Positions 63,060 through 64,000 of a stretch of 64,000 nt of DNA are shown in pieces. The DNA is from Chloroflexota bacterium. GTDB lineage: Bacteria > Chloroflexota > Anaerolineae > Anaerolineales > UBA11579. Position 1 is the first letter of the stretch, and each line of letters starts with the position of its first letter. A program made the position numbers and the translations under genes. The stretch spans positions 2,726 to 66,725 of the forward strand of contig QWJF01000001.1 in NCBI GenBank assembly GCA_009391835.1, given 5' to 3'. The notes beneath the pieces were generated by a model. It was not told the DNA's origin. It did no database searches and worked only from the letters and a program-made list of their open reading frames with translations.

Positions 63060-64000
63060 ATGGAGCAAAACGATCCCCCAATGAATGGGGAGGAGGCCGC
63101 GGAGAAGCAAGAGGAACCAAAGAACCAAAACACCGGCCTTTCAATGGAAGACCTGCTTAACATGGGGGACTTGAACCTTGATATGCCAAAACAGGGCGAG
63201 GTTCGTACTGGCACAATCGCGAGCATTAGCGACAACGAAATACTGGTAAGCATTGGTGCAAAATCTGAAGGGTTGATTCCCTCCAGAGAGCTAGACCAGA
63301 TGAGCGACGAAGAACGCGCCGGGTTGAAACTCGGTGACGATATTGAAGTCTACGTCGTAAGCCCCGAAAGCCAACGCGGAACCGTGCTGCTTTCTTATAC
63401 GCGCTCGCTTGAAGAGGGCGATTGGGAAGAAGCCGAGAATCTGTTGAAATCCAAGGACCCTTACGAAGGCACTGTGGATGGCTTCAACAAGGGTGGCCTG
63501 ATCGTGCGCCTTGGACGTCTGCGCGGCTTCGTGCCAGCATCGCAGGTGAGCCAGGCGCGCCGTATGCGCTACCAGGGCGATACGCCTGAACAGCGCTGGG
63601 GTGAAATGAAGGGCGAACCTTTGGTTGCGCGCGTAATTGAGGTGGATCGCGAACGCCGGCGATTGATCCTGTCTGAGCGAGCCGCATCGCAGGAATCGCG
63701 CGAGGCGATGAAAGACAAACTACTGGAAGAACTGGGCGTTGGCGAGACCCGAACAGGCCGCGTAACCAGCCTGGCGGATTTTGGCGCTTTCGTGAATATC
63801 AACGGCGCAGACGGCCTCGTTCACCTTTCCGAACTTTCCTGGGAACGCGTGGACCACCCGAGCGAAATGCTGGCTGTAGGTGACGAAGTTAAAGTTAAAG
63901 TGATCAGCGTGGATTACGACCGCAAACGCATCGGACTCTCACTGCGACAATTGCAAAATGATCCCTGGGAAGATCACATCCACGAATACAAAGTGGGTCA
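63060..64000 (+). CDS. rpsA: 30S ribosomal protein S1, 3'-truncated by the window edge
   Basis: Repeated S1 domains (GEVRTGTIASISDNEILVSIG..., GTVDGFNKGGLIVRLG..RGFVPASQ, GRVTSLADFGAFVNINGADGLVHLSE). The frame stays open to the end of the window. Confidence 0.9.
   Translation, partial: MEQNDPPMNGEEAAEKQEEPKNQNTGLSMEDLLNMGDLNLDMPKQGEVRTGTIASISDNEILVSIGAKSEGLIPSRELDQMSDEERAGLKLGDDIEVYVVSPESQRGTVLLSYTRSLEEGDWEEAENLLKSKDPYEGTVDGFNKGGLIVRLGRLRGFVPASQVSQARRMRYQGDTPEQRWGEMKGEPLVARVIEVDRERRRLILSERAASQESREAMKDKLLEELGVGETRTGRVTSLADFGAFVNINGADGLVHLSELSWERVDHPSEMLAVGDEVKVKVISVDYDRKRIGLSLRQLQNDPWEDHIHEYKVG

Overview
This is a GC-rich bacterial chromosomal window (roughly high-50s % G+C by eye), densely packed with housekeeping genes. 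I found no transposases, integrases, CRISPR arrays or rRNA. The gene set (gatCAB, pdxST, mutS2, spoVS, a Ycf45-like R3H ATPase, DUF4349, clpC, rpsA) suggests a Terrabacteria or Chloroflexota-like organism, but that is inference only.

Recognisable content:
- corC-cdd.
- A tightly coupled acyl-CoA carboxylase / MaoC hydratase / CitE lyase operon (leucine- or itaconate-type catabolism).
- mutS2, spoVS, dnaN, gdh.
- gatC-gatA...gatB, interrupted by a methyltransferase and a nucleotidyltransferase.
- tRNA-Leu(CAA), ychF, an orphan CcrM-like adenine methyltransferase, pepF.
- Two deoxynucleoside kinase paralogs, tmk, gmk.
- A GntR-controlled ABC export operon, pdxST, rhomboid, two crotonases, two PadR modules, clpC, a ChlI/ChlD-like AAA+/VWA pair, and the 5' part of rpsA.

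Most interesting observations:
1. The ChlI-like ORF ends in an A9 run that contains the dnaX-type heptamer A_AAA_AAG. The ChlD-like VWA reading frame is open from that point in the -1 frame and has no canonical start codon for about 330 nt. This points to programmed frameshifting, transcriptional slippage, or a homopolymer miscall.
2. A CPBP (CAAX-type) intramembrane protease domain is fused to an ABC ATPase. An identical 16-nt palindromic motif lies upstream of the gene and again at the domain junction.
3. A 365-bp AT-rich intergenic region sits at a gene-orientation switch and contains six DnaA-box-like 9-mers, making it a candidate oriC.
4. Two conserved genes are each interrupted by a single in-frame stop codon: TGA in a UPF0173 hydrolase and TAA in an M23 peptidase.
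5. The carboxylase alpha subunit is split at an ATGA overlap, and its biotin carboxylase part lacks a canonical start codon.

All calls come from reading the translations and DNA by eye. No database search was run.
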